A DNA stretch of 64,000 nucleotides, from assembly GCF_049671045.1 (NCBI RefSeq), contig NZ_JBATUH010000017.1, positions 414 through 64,413 of the forward strand, written 5' to 3'. The first letter of the stretch is position 1; every line of letters begins with the position of its first letter. This document shows positions 22,264-31,414 of this stretch, piece after piece. A program made the position numbers and the translations under genes. The notes beneath the pieces were generated by a model. It had not been told where the DNA came from. It did no database searches and saw only the letters and a program-made list of their open reading frames with translations. The DNA is from Parvibaculum sp. (GTDB lineage: Bacteria > Pseudomonadota > Alphaproteobacteria > Parvibaculales > Parvibaculaceae).

Positions 22264-22752
22264 ATGCAGGAATTATTGCCCATCGCGGAGAGGATCGGGG
22301 CGCGGCTCAAGGAGCGCGGCGAGACCATCGCCGTCTCGGAATCCTCGACCGGCGGGCTCATGTCGGCGGCGCTTCTGTCGGTTCCGGGGGCGTCGGCCTA
22401 TTATCTCGGCGGCGCCGTCGTCTATACGCAGAAGGCGCGGCGCGTGCTCATCGACCTTCCCGACGAGGCCATCGTCGCGGCAAAGGCGCAGAAACCCTTG
22501 AGCGAGCCCTTCGTCCTTCTCCTCGGCCGGACGCTCCGGGCCGAGTTTGCGGCCGACTGGGCGCTTGCCGAGATCGGCGCCACGGGCCCCGCGGGCAGTC
22601 GTTACGGAGATCCGGCGGGCACGGGCTGCCTCGCTCTCGTCGGGCCGGTCGAGCAGAGCCTCACCGTCTCCACGGGCAGCGACGACCGCATCGCCAACAT
22701 GCGCGCCTTCGCGCGGACCGGGCTTGAACTCCTTCTCAAAAATCTTATTTGA
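22264..22752 (+). CDS. CinA family protein (PncC-like nicotinamide-nucleotide amidase domain)
   Basis: ATG at 22264 with AGGAGG upstream. Conserved motif IAVSESSTGGLMSAALLSVPGASAYYLGGAVVYT. Confidence 0.85.
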   Translation: MQELLPIAERIGARLKERGETIAVSESSTGGLMSAALLSVPGASAYYLGGAVVYTQKARRVLIDLPDEAIVAAKAQKPLSEPFVLLLGRTLRAEFAADWALAEIGATGPAGSRYGDPAGTGCLALVGPVEQSLTVSTGSDDRIANMRAFARTGLELLLKNLI

Positions 22753-22822
22753 AATCAGGCGGTTATCTTTAGGTGGTCTGTTTGCCGGGCGTAAAGCCCG
22801 GCGCAAATCGGGAGGTTCCGGC

Positions 22823-23032
22823 ATGAATCAGAACCCGCATCTCAATCCCTTCGAGGCGCGTCTCCGGGACAAGCCGAGGCCGCTTGCCTCTCTCGGCCGC
22901 CTCGCCCCGCAATTCAAGGCGCAGCGCGAGGGCGGTCTTGCCAGTCTTCTCTACCGCGAGGCCGCAATGAGGCAGAAGGCGGCGCGCGAAGCCGTGCGGC
23001 GGGCAAGGTTCCCGCGAGGCGAGTTCCGGTAA
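22823..23032 (+). CDS. Possible small basic protein (69 aa), hypothetical
   Basis: ATG at 22823 preceded by GGGAGG ~7 nt upstream. GC3 is about 78% by my hand count. No recognisable domain, and it sits in the 480-bp gap upstream of ffh. Confidence 0.3.
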   Translation: MNQNPHLNPFEARLRDKPRPLASLGRLAPQFKAQREGGLASLLYREAAMRQKAAREAVRRARFPRGEFR

Positions 23033-23231
23033 ATCGCCGGGCCGTGGCGGTGCGCCCGCGCTTCGGGCGCCGGTTGACTCTCGCCCGCCGCGGCTCTAGT
23101 TTCCGCACCGACTTTCGGGACATTGTTGCGCCCCGATCCGCCCGAGGCATGGAGCCCGGGTCAACATCCGCCGACGAGGGTTCGTTCGCGGGTGCTTTTT
23201 TGCTTTGTGTGGACAGGACCGGCGAAAGCCC

Positions 23232-24761
23232 ATGTTCGAAAACCTGACAGGCCGTCTCGGCGACGTCTTTTCCAAGCTCAGAGGGCGCGGCGCGCTCTCC
23301 GAGAAGGACGTCGACGAGGCCATGCGCGAGGTCCGCAGGGCGCTGCTCGAAGCGGATGTGGCGCTGCCGGTCGTCAAGGACTTCATCGACAAGGTGAAGG
23401 CGCGCGCGGTCGGCGCCGAGGTTCTCAAATCGGTGACGCCGGGCCAGCAGGTCATCAAGATCGTCCATGACGAGCTTGTCGAGATGCTCGGGGGCACGGC
23501 CGACACCTCGATCTCGCTGCACGCGGCGCCGCCCGTCGCCATCATGATGGTCGGCCTTCAGGGCTCCGGCAAAACGACCTCGACGGCGAAGATCGCCCGC
23601 CGCTTCCAGGAGCGCGACAAGCGCCGCGTGCTCATGGCCTCGCTCGATACGCGCCGCCCGGCCGCGCAGGAGCAGCTCAAGATTCTCGGCGAGCAGACCG
23701 GCGTTCCCACGCTGCCGATCATCGCCGGCCAGCAGCCGGTGCAGATCGCCCGCCGCGCGATCGAGGCGGCGCGTCTGGGCGGCTATGACATCGTCATGCT
23801 CGATACGGCCGGCCGCATCCATATCGACGAAGCGCTGATGGCCGAGGTCGCGGAGGTTCGCGACGCCGCCCAGCCGACCGAAACGCTTCTCGTCGCCGAC
23901 AGCCTGACGGGACAGGACGCCGTCAATGTCGCGCAGCACTTCAAGGATCGCATCGGCGTCACCGGTATCGTCCTGACACGGACGGATGGCGACGGGCGCG
24001 GCGGCGCGGCGCTTTCGATGCGCGCCGTCACGGGCGTTCCGATCAAGCTTCTCGGCACCGGCGAAAAGCTCGATCAGCTCGAGGATTTCCGCGCCGAGCG
24101 CGTGGCGGGCCGCATTCTCGGCATGGGCGACGTCGTCAGCCTCGTCGAAAAGGCGGCCGAGACGATCGACGCCGAAAAGGCGCAGAAGATCGCGGCCAGA
24201 ATGAAGAAGGGCCAGTTCGATCTCGACGATCTGGCCGAACAGCTCGCGCAGATGAAGCGCATGGGCGGCATGAAGGGCGTGCTCGGCATGTTGCCCGGCG
24301 TCGCCAAGGCGCAGGCGCAGATGGCGAACGCGCATATGGATGACCGCGTCATCAAGCGGCAGGCGGCGATCATCTCGTCGATGACCAGGGCCGAGCGGCG
24401 CAATCCGGCGCTGCTCAACGCCAGCCGCAAGCGGCGCATCGCGGCGGGCTCGGGTACCGAGGTGCAGGAGATCAACCGGCTTCTCAAGCTCCATCGCCAG
24501 ATGGCCGACATGATGAAGATGATGGCGCGCCAGAAGGGCGGCGGCCTTCTCGGCAAGCTCTTCGGCGGCGGCATGCCGGAGCTTCCGCCCGAACTTGCGA
24601 ATAATCCCGAAGCGCTGAAGGACATGCTGCCGAAGGGCGGCCTTCCCGGCGGGCTGCCGGGACTTTCGGGCGGCGGATTGCCGGGGCTTCCCGGTCTTCC
24701 GGGCGGCCGGCCCGGGTTTCCCGGCTTGCCGGGTCTGCCCGCGGGCAAAAAGAAGAAATGA
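23232..24761 (+). CDS. ffh: Signal recognition particle protein Ffh
   Basis: MFENLTGRLGDVFSKLRG... then NG domain (GLQGSGKTT, DTAGR), a Met-rich M domain, and a Gly/Pro/Leu-rich tail ending KKKK. Start is the internal ATG of listed ORF 23205..24761. Confidence 0.95.
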   Translation: MFENLTGRLGDVFSKLRGRGALSEKDVDEAMREVRRALLEADVALPVVKDFIDKVKARAVGAEVLKSVTPGQQVIKIVHDELVEMLGGTADTSISLHAAPPVAIMMVGLQGSGKTTSTAKIARRFQERDKRRVLMASLDTRRPAAQEQLKILGEQTGVPTLPIIAGQQPVQIARRAIEAARLGGYDIVMLDTAGRIHIDEALMAEVAEVRDAAQPTETLLVADSLTGQDAVNVAQHFKDRIGVTGIVLTRTDGDGRGGAALSMRAVTGVPIKLLGTGEKLDQLEDFRAERVAGRILGMGDVVSLVEKAAETIDAEKAQKIAARMKKGQFDLDDLAEQLAQMKRMGGMKGVLGMLPGVAKAQAQMANAHMDDRVIKRQAAIISSMTRAERRNPALLNASRKRRIAAGSGTEVQEINRLLKLHRQMADMMKMMARQKGGGLLGKLFGGGMPELPPELANNPEALKDMLPKGGLPGGLPGLSGGGLPGLPGLPGGRPGFPGLPGLPAGKKKK

Positions 24762-24824
24762 GTTTCGCGGGGGCGCCCCCCGCAATCGGTTCAGTTCCAG
24801 TTTCACTGAAAGGCAGAAACAAAC

Positions 24825-25199
24825 ATGGCTCTCAAGATCAGGCTCGCCCGTGGCGGCGCGAAGAAGCGTCCCGTCTACCGCATCGTCATCGCCGACACGC
24901 GCTCGCCGCGCGACGGCCGCTTCATCGAGAAGATCGGCACCTTCAATCCGACGCTTCCCAAGGATCACAAGGAGCGCCTCGCGCTCGACCTCGAGCGCGC
25001 GAAGCACTGGCTCTCGGTCGGTGCCGTTCCGACCGATCGCGTCGAGCGTTTCCTCGATGGCGCGGGCCTCCTGAAGCGCACGACGAAGAACAATCCGGAA
25101 AAGGCGAAGCCCAAGGCGAAGGCGCAGGAGCGTCTGGCCGCCGCTGCCGCCGCCGCGGAAGAGGCGAAGGCCGCCGCCGAAGCTCCGGCCGAGGCCTGA
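24825..25199 (+). CDS. rpsP: 30S ribosomal protein S16 with Ala/Lys/Glu-rich C-terminal extension
   Basis: [42 protein letters not shown]. Confidence 0.95.
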   Translation: MALKIRLARGGAKKRPVYRIVIADTRSPRDGRFIEKIGTFNPTLPKDHKERLALDLERAKHWLSVGAVPTDRVERFLDGAGLLKRTTKNNPEKAKPKAKAQERLAAAAAAAEEAKAAAEAPAEA

Positions 25200-25224
25200 G
25201 GCACGGCCCGCGTCCACTGAGCCC

Positions 25225-25788
25225 ATGGCAGGCACGCAGCAGAAGAGGGTCTGTCTCGGCGTCATCGTGGGCGCGCATGGCGTGCGCGGCCTCGTGCGGG
25301 TGAAGCCCTTCACGGAGGAACCGGAAGGGCTTGCCGCCTATGGGCCGGTCGAGACGAAGGACGGGTCGCGCCGCTTCGGGATCGAGGTGACGGGGCTTGC
25401 CAAGGGCACAGTCATCTGCCGGCTCGAAGGGGTCGGGGACCGGGACGAGGCGGAGCGGCTGCGCGGGACGGAGCTTTACGTCGATCGCGCGCGGCTCCCC
25501 GAGGCGGGTGACGAGGACGTCTGGTATCACGCCGACCTGATCGGGCTCGCAGCCATCGGCAAGGATGGGCGCGATTTCGGAAAGGTCGTCGCGGTACAGA
25601 ATTTCGGCGCGGGCGATCTCCTCGAGATCGAGCCACCGGAAGGCGGGCCGACGGTCTATCTGCCCTTCACGGGCGAGAACGTGCCCGCGATCGAACCCGA
25701 AGCCGGGCGGCTCGTCATCGATCCGCCGGGCGGCCTCTTCGACGAGGCGCCGGGCGAGGACGGCGCCGGGGAGGGCCGGGATGGCTGA
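25225..25788 (+). CDS. rimM: Ribosome maturation factor RimM
   Basis: [26 protein letters not shown]...; position between rpsP and trmD. Confidence 0.9.
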   Translation: MAGTQQKRVCLGVIVGAHGVRGLVRVKPFTEEPEGLAAYGPVETKDGSRRFGIEVTGLAKGTVICRLEGVGDRDEAERLRGTELYVDRARLPEAGDEDVWYHADLIGLAAIGKDGRDFGKVVAVQNFGAGDLLEIEPPEGGPTVYLPFTGENVPAIEPEAGRLVIDPPGGLFDEAPGEDGAGEGRDG

Positions 25789-26503
25789 GGCGTGGGAGGC
25801 CACGGTTCTGACGCTCTTCCCGGAGATGTTTCCAGGACCGCTCGGCATTTCGCTGGCCGGGCGGGCGCTCGAGGCGGGCATCTGGCGGCTCGATGCGGTG
25901 GACATACGCGGCTTTGCGCGCGATAAGCACCGCACGGTCGACGACACGCCTTCGGGCGGCGGGCCCGGCATGGTCATGCGGGCCGATGTGATGGCGGCGG
26001 CGGTCGATGCGGTTCATCCCGCGCAATCGCTCAAGCCATTGATTTACTTGAGCCCTCGTGGCGCGCCGCTGACGCAGGCGCGCGTGAGGGATCTGGCGGC
26101 GGGGCCGGGGGTCACGCTGGTCTGCGGGCGCTTCGAGGGGCTCGACGAGCGGGTCATCGAGGCGCGCGGCATGGAAGAGGTGAGCCTGGGGGACTTCGTG
26201 CTCTCCGGCGGGGAGCCTGCGGCGATCGCCCTGCTCGATGCGGCGGTCAGGCTTCTTCCCGGCGTGATGGGCAAGGAGGCGTCCGGCGAGGACGAGAGTT
26301 TCGAGAGCGGATTGCTCGAATATCCGCATTACACGCGGCCCCAGATTTTCGAGGGACGCGAGATCCCGGCGGTTCTGACCTCCGGCGATCACGGGAAGAT
26401 CAAGGCCTGGCGGCGTGCCATGGCCGAGGCGTTGACGAAGGAAAGGCGGCCTGATCTCTGGGGGAATTTTCTCAAGAGAAAAGCCAAAGACAGTCGCCAG
26501 TGA
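25781..26503 (+). CDS. trmD: tRNA (guanine37-N1)-methyltransferase TrmD
   Basis: Internal ATG at 25781 ([21 protein letters not shown]). Motifs [13 protein letters not shown] and [11 protein letters not shown]. Overlaps the rimM end. Confidence 0.95.
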   Translation: MAEAWEATVLTLFPEMFPGPLGISLAGRALEAGIWRLDAVDIRGFARDKHRTVDDTPSGGGPGMVMRADVMAAAVDAVHPAQSLKPLIYLSPRGAPLTQARVRDLAAGPGVTLVCGRFEGLDERVIEARGMEEVSLGDFVLSGGEPAAIALLDAAVRLLPGVMGKEASGEDESFESGLLEYPHYTRPQIFEGREIPAVLTSGDHGKIKAWRRAMAEALTKERRPDLWGNFLKRKAKDSRQ

Positions 26504-26603
26504 CATTGAAGTGTGATAATGAAGCGCGCTTCCGGACGGGTAAAAACCCGGCAAGGCCCTTTCGGGCACGGGTCCGGCGCCTTCAATACCTGAGGTTAGA
26601 CAG

Positions 26604-26996
26604 ATGAATATCATTGAGCAGCTCGAGCAGGAGCAGATGGGAACGCTCTCCAACGGCAAGGAGATTCCCGATTTCGCGCCCGGCGATACGCTGATCGTCA
26701 ATGTGAAGGTCGTCGAAGGCGAGCGTTCGCGCGTGCAGGCCTATGAGGGCGTGTGCATCGCCCGCTCTGGCGCCGGCCTCAACGAGAACTTCACCGTCCG
26801 CAAGATTTCCTATGGCGAGGGCGTGGAGCGCGTTTTCCCGATCTACAGCCCGCTCGTCGACTCGATCAAGGTGGTGCGCCGTGGCCGTGTGCGCCGTGCG
26901 AAGCTTTATTATCTGCGCGGGCGCCGTGGCAAGTCGGCCCGAATTGTCGAGAAGCAGGACAACAAAGCCCGCTCGCAAGAGAACGGCGCCGCCTGA
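26604..26996 (+). CDS. rplS: 50S ribosomal protein L19
   Basis: [11 protein letters not shown]...[31 protein letters not shown]...[14 protein letters not shown]. Confidence 0.95.
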   Translation: MNIIEQLEQEQMGTLSNGKEIPDFAPGDTLIVNVKVVEGERSRVQAYEGVCIARSGAGLNENFTVRKISYGEGVERVFPIYSPLVDSIKVVRRGRVRRAKLYYLRGRRGKSARIVEKQDNKARSQENGAA

Positions 26997-27030
26997 ATTC
27001 GTCCGCAGACGATAAGACGAGACGCATGAA

Positions 27031-27068
27031 GCGGGCAGGGCGCGAGCCCCGTGCCCGCTTTTCGCTTT
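27031..27068 (+). terminator. Probable rho-independent terminator after rplS
   Basis: GCGGGCAGGG...CCCCGTGCCCGC imperfect stem followed by TTTTCGCTTT. Confidence 0.5.
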
Positions 27069-27153
27069 CGACGCCTGCGAAAATGTGAATTGGGGAACCG
27101 ACGGAGCCCGGGAATCGAACCGGATTCAGGCTCCCGGACAAGGAGTGAAGAAG

Positions 27154-28560
27154 ATGGCTGCTCCACGCACCATGTACGACAAAATCTGGGATGCGCACCT
27201 CGTCGACATGCAGGAGGACGGCACCGGCCTCCTCTATATCGACCGGCATCTCGTGCATGAAGTGACGAGCCCGCAGGCTTTCGAGGGTCTGCGCATGGCC
27301 GGCCGCAAGGTGCGCGCGCCCGAGAAGACGCTCGCCGTCGCCGATCACAACGTGCCGACGACCGACCGCTCGAAAGGCATCGCCGACGAGGAAAGCCGCA
27401 TCCAGGTCCAGACGCTCGAGGACAATGCGCGCGAGTTCGGCATCCAGTATCTGGCGATGAGCGACAAGCGGCAGGGCATCGTCCATATCGTCGGGCCCGA
27501 GCAGGGCTTCACGCTCCCCGGCACCACCATCGTCTGCGGCGACAGCCACACCTCGACGCATGGCGCCTTCGGCGCGCTCGCGCATGGCATCGGCACTTCC
27601 GAGGTCGAGCATGTGCTCGCGACGCAGACGCTCATTCAGGCCAAGGCGAAGAACCTGCGCATCAATGTCGTCGGCAAGGCGCCGGAAGGCTTCACGGCGA
27701 AGGACATCGCGCTCGCCATCATCGGCCATATCGGCACGGCGGGCGGCACGGGCTATGTCGTCGAATATGCGGGCGAGGCGATCCGCGATCTTTCCATGGA
27801 AGGCCGCATGACCGTCTGCAACATGACGATCGAGGCGGGCGCGCGCGCCGGCCTCGTCGCGCCGGACGAGAAGACCTTCGAATATTTCAAGGGCCGGCCG
27901 ATGGCGCCGAAGGGCGAAGCCTGGGAGAAGGCGGTCGCCTACTGGAAGACGCTGCCATCCGACGAAGGCGCGCATTTCGACAAGGAAGTGACCGTCGATA
28001 TCGCCAATCTGCCGCCGATGATCACCTGGGGCACGAGCCCTGAAAACGTCATCCGCATCACCGACCGCATTCCGGACCCGGCGACTGTCGCCGATGAGGG
28101 CAAGCGCCACGCCATGGAGCGCTCGCTCGAATATATGGGCCTCACGCCCGGTACGCCGATCACGGAAGTCAGGATCGACCGTGTCTTCATCGGCTCCTGC
28201 ACCAATGGACGCATCGAGGATCTGCGCGCGGCGGCGGCGATCGCAAAGGGCAAGAAGGTAGCCCCCACCGTCAGCGCCATGGTCGTTCCGGGCTCGGGCC
28301 TTGTGAAGGAACAGGCGGAGGCGGAAGGTCTCGACAAGATCTTCCTCGAAGCGGGCTTCGAGTGGCGCGAGCCGGGCTGTTCCATGTGCCTTGCGATGAA
28401 TGCCGACAAGCTCGCGCCGGGCGAGCGCTGCGCCTCGACCTCGAACCGCAATTTCGAGGGCCGTCAGGGACGCGGCGGGCGCACGCATCTCGTCTCGCCC
28501 GCCATGGCGGCGGCGGCGGCGATCGCGGGGCATTTCGTCGATGTGAGGGAGGTGAAGTGA
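27154..28560 (+). CDS. leuC: 3-isopropylmalate dehydratase large subunit
   Basis: ATG at 27154 with AGGAG upstream ([17 protein letters not shown]). Aconitase-type motifs [16 protein letters not shown] and CSMCLAMN. The C-terminus reads ...[10 protein letters not shown]. Confidence 0.95.
   Translation: MAAPRTMYDKIWDAHLVDMQEDGTGLLYIDRHLVHEVTSPQAFEGLRMAGRKVRAPEKTLAVADHNVPTTDRSKGIADEESRIQVQTLEDNAREFGIQYLAMSDKRQGIVHIVGPEQGFTLPGTTIVCGDSHTSTHGAFGALAHGIGTSEVEHVLATQTLIQAKAKNLRINVVGKAPEGFTAKDIALAIIGHIGTAGGTGYVVEYAGEAIRDLSMEGRMTVCNMTIEAGARAGLVAPDEKTFEYFKGRPMAPKGEAWEKAVAYWKTLPSDEGAHFDKEVTVDIANLPPMITWGTSPENVIRITDRIPDPATVADEGKRHAMERSLEYMGLTPGTPITEVRIDRVFIGSCTNGRIEDLRAAAAIAKGKKVAPTVSAMVVPGSGLVKEQAEAEGLDKIFLEAGFEWREPGCSMCLAMNADKLAPGERCASTSNRNFEGRQGRGGRTHLVSPAMAAAAAIAGHFVDVREVK
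28426..28548 (+). repeat. Direct repeat copy 1 (123 bp, inside the leuC 3' end)
   Basis: Base-for-base identical to 28952..29074. Checked by hand, and against the shared 40-aa string in two ORF-track translations. Confidence 0.9.
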
Positions 28561-28561
28561 G

Positions 28562-28921
28562 GTGTTGACGCCACTTTTTCAACCGATCCGAAACCTTACG
28601 ATTGAAATGTGGCCAGGCAGCCCTGTCATTCGTGAACGGAAGTCGACATACCAACGCTGGCCTAGCGAGTTGTACAAGGACGCACCGGCAAGCCTGACGC
28701 TGCGCCAGATAGTTTTCTACAAAAACCTGATGGCGCTCGCTCTAGCGCTAGGGTCGACGCGCTTACCGGTGGATTTCGGTATTGAGGGAGTTGGTGATTA
28801 CTGGATGGATCACGGCTGTATCAAGATTGCCGAACATGCCGGATTCATTCGCCCATTAGAAAATGAAGAAGACGGCTTGGTCGGCTCGATTGAGCTTGCT
28901 TGGCGGGTTACCGTTGATTGA
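28562..28921 (+). CDS. Orphan hypothetical ORF (119 aa) in a low-GC insert
   Basis: GTG start 2 nt after the leuC stop. The segment is roughly 50% GC against ~67% around it. I recognise no domain and there is no clear SD; it may be a gene fragment. Confidence 0.3.
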   Translation: MLTPLFQPIRNLTIEMWPGSPVIRERKSTYQRWPSELYKDAPASLTLRQIVFYKNLMALALALGSTRLPVDFGIEGVGDYWMDHGCIKIAEHAGFIRPLENEEDGLVGSIELAWRVTVD

Positions 28922-29083
<162 letters not shown>

Positions 29084-29092
29084 CGCCTCAAA

Positions 29093-29552
29093 GCCCCTCC
29101 CCTTCATGGGGAGGGGTTTGGGGTGGGGTGGCCACAGCGCTTTCAATGAGGTACGGCCGGGCGATGGCGAACGAAAGAGCCAGAGCGCTTCGGAGGAACC
29201 AGACAGAAGCCGAAAGGGCGCTCTGGCAGAAATTGAGAGTGCTGAAGGCGGAAGGATTTCATTTCAGGCGGCAAGCGCCTATCGGAACGTATATCGCGGA
29301 TTTTGCCTGTCATTCACTCAAGCTGGTGATCGAGGTTGATGGCGGGCAGCACAATGAGAAATCCGGCCTGGCGCGCGACGCGGAACGGACGGCATGGCTC
29401 CAGGGAGAGGGCTGCAGGGTGCTGCGCTTCTGGAATAACGAGGTACTGACAAATATCGAGGGCGTGGAAGATACGGTCAGGCGGGAACAGGGTCTCATCT
29501 GATCATTCGAAACATCACCCCACCCCAACCCCTCCCCATCGAGGGGAGGGGC
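29093..29552. mobile_element. Candidate selfish cassette: DUF559 nuclease gene bounded by ~38-bp inverted REP-like repeats
   Basis: Left end 29093..29131 is GCCCCTCCCCTTCATGGGGAGGGGTTTGGGGTGGGGTGG. Right end 29516..29552 is CACCCCACCCCAACCCCTCCCCATCGAGGGGAGGGGC, nearly its reverse complement. Each end holds a CCCCTCCCC/GGGGAGGGG hairpin. Confidence 0.45.
29164..29502 (+). CDS. DUF559 (Vsr-like) endonuclease domain protein
   Basis: MANERARALRRNQTEAERALWQKLR...FRRQAPIGTYIADFAC...LVIEVDGGQH...D..RTAWLQGEGCRVLRFWNNEV matches the DUF559 pattern. The alternative start is ATG 29146. Confidence 0.85.
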   Translation: MANERARALRRNQTEAERALWQKLRVLKAEGFHFRRQAPIGTYIADFACHSLKLVIEVDGGQHNEKSGLARDAERTAWLQGEGCRVLRFWNNEVLTNIEGVEDTVRREQGLI

Positions 29553-29572
29553 AATAAGAGGCGGTAGAAGAT

Positions 29573-30178
29573 ATGGACAAGTTCAACAAGCTCACGGGCG
29601 TCGCGGCGCCGCTGCCGATGATCAATGTCGATACCGACATGATCATCCCCAAGCAGTTCCTGAAGACGATCAAGCGCACGGGGCTCGGCAAGAATCTCTT
29701 CGACGAGATGCGCTTTGACGAGAAGGGCAACGAGAAGCCCGATTTCGTGCTCAATCAGCCAGCCTATCGCAATGCGCAGATTCTCGTGACCGGCGAGAAT
29801 TTCGGCTGCGGCTCCTCGCGCGAACATGCGCCCTGGGCGCTCCTCGATTTCGGCATTCGCTGCGTCATCGCGCCCTCTTTCGCCGATATTTTCTACAACA
29901 ATTGCTTCCAGAACGGCATTCTGCCGATCGTGCTGCCGCAGGCCGATGTCGACAAGCTGATGGACGACGCGGAGCGCGGGAGCAATGCGGTCGTCACCGT
30001 CGATCTCGAGGCGCAGGAAATCCGCGGTCCCGATGGCGGCGTCATCAAGTTCGACATCGATCCCTTCCGCAAGCACTGCCTGCTCGAGGGGCTCGACGGC
30101 GTCGGCCTGACGCTGAAGCGGGAAGCGGCGATTTCGACCTATGAGACGAAGCACAAGGCCGAGCAGCCCTGGCTGTGA
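29573..30178 (+). CDS. leuD: 3-isopropylmalate dehydratase small subunit
   Basis: [33 protein letters not shown]...[17 protein letters not shown]. Confidence 0.95.
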   Translation: MDKFNKLTGVAAPLPMINVDTDMIIPKQFLKTIKRTGLGKNLFDEMRFDEKGNEKPDFVLNQPAYRNAQILVTGENFGCGSSREHAPWALLDFGIRCVIAPSFADIFYNNCFQNGILPIVLPQADVDKLMDDAERGSNAVVTVDLEAQEIRGPDGGVIKFDIDPFRKHCLLEGLDGVGLTLKREAAISTYETKHKAEQPWL

Positions 30179-30189
30179 CGAGGCTCGTC

Positions 30190-30267
30190 ATGCCCGGATG
30201 AGATCCGGGCATCTGGAATGAAACGCGCGGTGCGAGAGCCCTGGATTGCCGGGTCGAGCCCGGCAAT
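30190..30267. repeat. REP-like extragenic element with two perfect hairpins
   Basis: Hairpin 1 is ATGCCCGGAT-GAG-ATCCGGGCAT (30190..30212). Hairpin 2 is ATTGCCGGG-TCGAG-CCCGGCAAT (30245..30267). It lies in the leuD-leuB spacer and resembles repeats that I recall recurring in Rhizobiales genomes. Confidence 0.55.
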
Positions 30268-30286
30268 GACGACGAGAGAGTTTGAA

Positions 30287-31393
30287 ATGACGAAGAAGAT
30301 CCTGATCGTGGCGGGCGACGGCATCGGCCCGGAAGTGATGGGCGAGGTCGAGCGCGTCATCGGCTGGTATGCGAAGAACCGCAAGTTCGACGTCGCCATC
30401 GAGCATGAGCTGGTCGGCGGCTGCTGCTACGACAAGCACGGCGTCGCGGTGACGGATGCGACGGTCGAGAAGGCGAAGGCCGCGGATGCCGTCTTCCTCG
30501 GCGCGGTGGGCGGTCCCAAGTGGGACGACGTTCCCTATGAGGGCCGGCCCGAGGCGGGTCTGCTCCGTCTGCGCAAGGATCTCGAACTCTTCGCCAATCT
30601 GCGTCCCGCGCTCTGCTTCGCGGCGCTGGCGGACGCCTCCTCGCTCAAGCGCGAGATCGTCGAGGGCCTCGACATCATGATCGTGCGCGAACTGACGGGC
30701 GGCGTCTATTTCGGCGAGCCGAAGGAGATCACCGATCTCGGCAATGGCGAGCGCCGCGGCGTCGACACGCAACTCTATACGACGCATGAAATCCGCCGCA
30801 TCGCGGAGGTCGCCTTCGACCTCGCCCGCAAGCGCGACAATCGCGTCATGTCGGTCGAGAAGCGCAACGTCATGAAGTCGGGCGTGCTCTGGTACGAGGA
30901 AGTCTCGAAGCTCCACAAGGAGAAGTTCGCGGATGTGAAGCTCGATCACATGCTCGCCGACAATTGCGCCATGCAGCTCGTGCGCAACCCCAAGCAGTTC
31001 GACGTCATCGTCACCGACAATCTCTTCGGCGACGTTCTTTCCGATATCGCCGCCATGCTGACGGGCTCGCTCGGCATGCTGCCCTCCGCCTCGCTCGGCG
31101 CGAAGGACGCGAACGGCAAGGCGAACGCCATGTATGAGCCGGTGCATGGCAGCGCGCCCGACATCGCGGGTCAGGGCGTCGCCAATCCGCTCGCCTCGAT
31201 CCTCTCCTTCGCCATGGCGTTGCGCTACACCTTCGATCGCGGCGCTTGCGCCGACCTGCTCGAAAAGGCGGTCAATGGCGTGCTCGCACAGGGCTTGAGG
31301 ACCGGCGACATCATGCAGGCGGGCATGACGAAGGTCGGCACCGTCCAGATGGGCGATGCGATCCTCAGGGAACTCGACCGGCTGAACGCATAA
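30287..31393 (+). CDS. leuB: 3-isopropylmalate dehydrogenase
   Basis: Internal ATG at 30287 ([17 protein letters not shown]). Motifs [11 protein letters not shown]-like and [26 protein letters not shown]. Confidence 0.95.
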   Translation: MTKKILIVAGDGIGPEVMGEVERVIGWYAKNRKFDVAIEHELVGGCCYDKHGVAVTDATVEKAKAADAVFLGAVGGPKWDDVPYEGRPEAGLLRLRKDLELFANLRPALCFAALADASSLKREIVEGLDIMIVRELTGGVYFGEPKEITDLGNGERRGVDTQLYTTHEIRRIAEVAFDLARKRDNRVMSVEKRNVMKSGVLWYEEVSKLHKEKFADVKLDHMLADNCAMQLVRNPKQFDVIVTDNLFGDVLSDIAAMLTGSLGMLPSASLGAKDANGKANAMYEPVHGSAPDIAGQGVANPLASILSFAMALRYTFDRGACADLLEKAVNGVLAQGLRTGDIMQAGMTKVGTVQMGDAILRELDRLNA

Positions 31394-31414
31394 CGAGCCG
31401 TCAGGAGAAAGCCG

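Noticed and set aside
22914-25313. 799-aa ORF on the minus strand
   Set aside because: It is antisense to ffh and rpsP, which have unmistakable conserved motifs. Its translation is Arg/Ala/Gly-rich with no recognisable domain, as expected for high-GC antisense frames. The same reasoning applies to 38472..40976 (antisense to sdhA/sdhB), 53895..56390 (sucA/sucB), 50598..52673 (sucC/sucD), 30188..32140 (leuB/asd), 26866..28533 (leuC), 7704..9233 and 9711..10913 (acnA), 61249..62715 (priA) and 57119..58420 (lpdA).
27027-27088. Short [23 protein letters not shown] upstream of leuC, considered as a leucine attenuation leader peptide
   Set aside because: It contains only one Leu codon and no Leu run, and it overlaps the rplS terminator hairpin.
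27100-27137. tRNA-like T-arm (minus strand reads CCGGTTCGATTCCCGGGCTCCGTC) between rplS and leuC, considered as a tRNA gene or att-site remnant
   Set aside because: The T-stem pairs only 4 bp around an 8-nt loop. No matching 5' acceptor strand or D-arm lies upstream, where the sequence runs into the leuC start. The putative anticodon loop has a pyrimidine at position 37, and there is no CCA. It is probably just a hairpin in the leuC leader.
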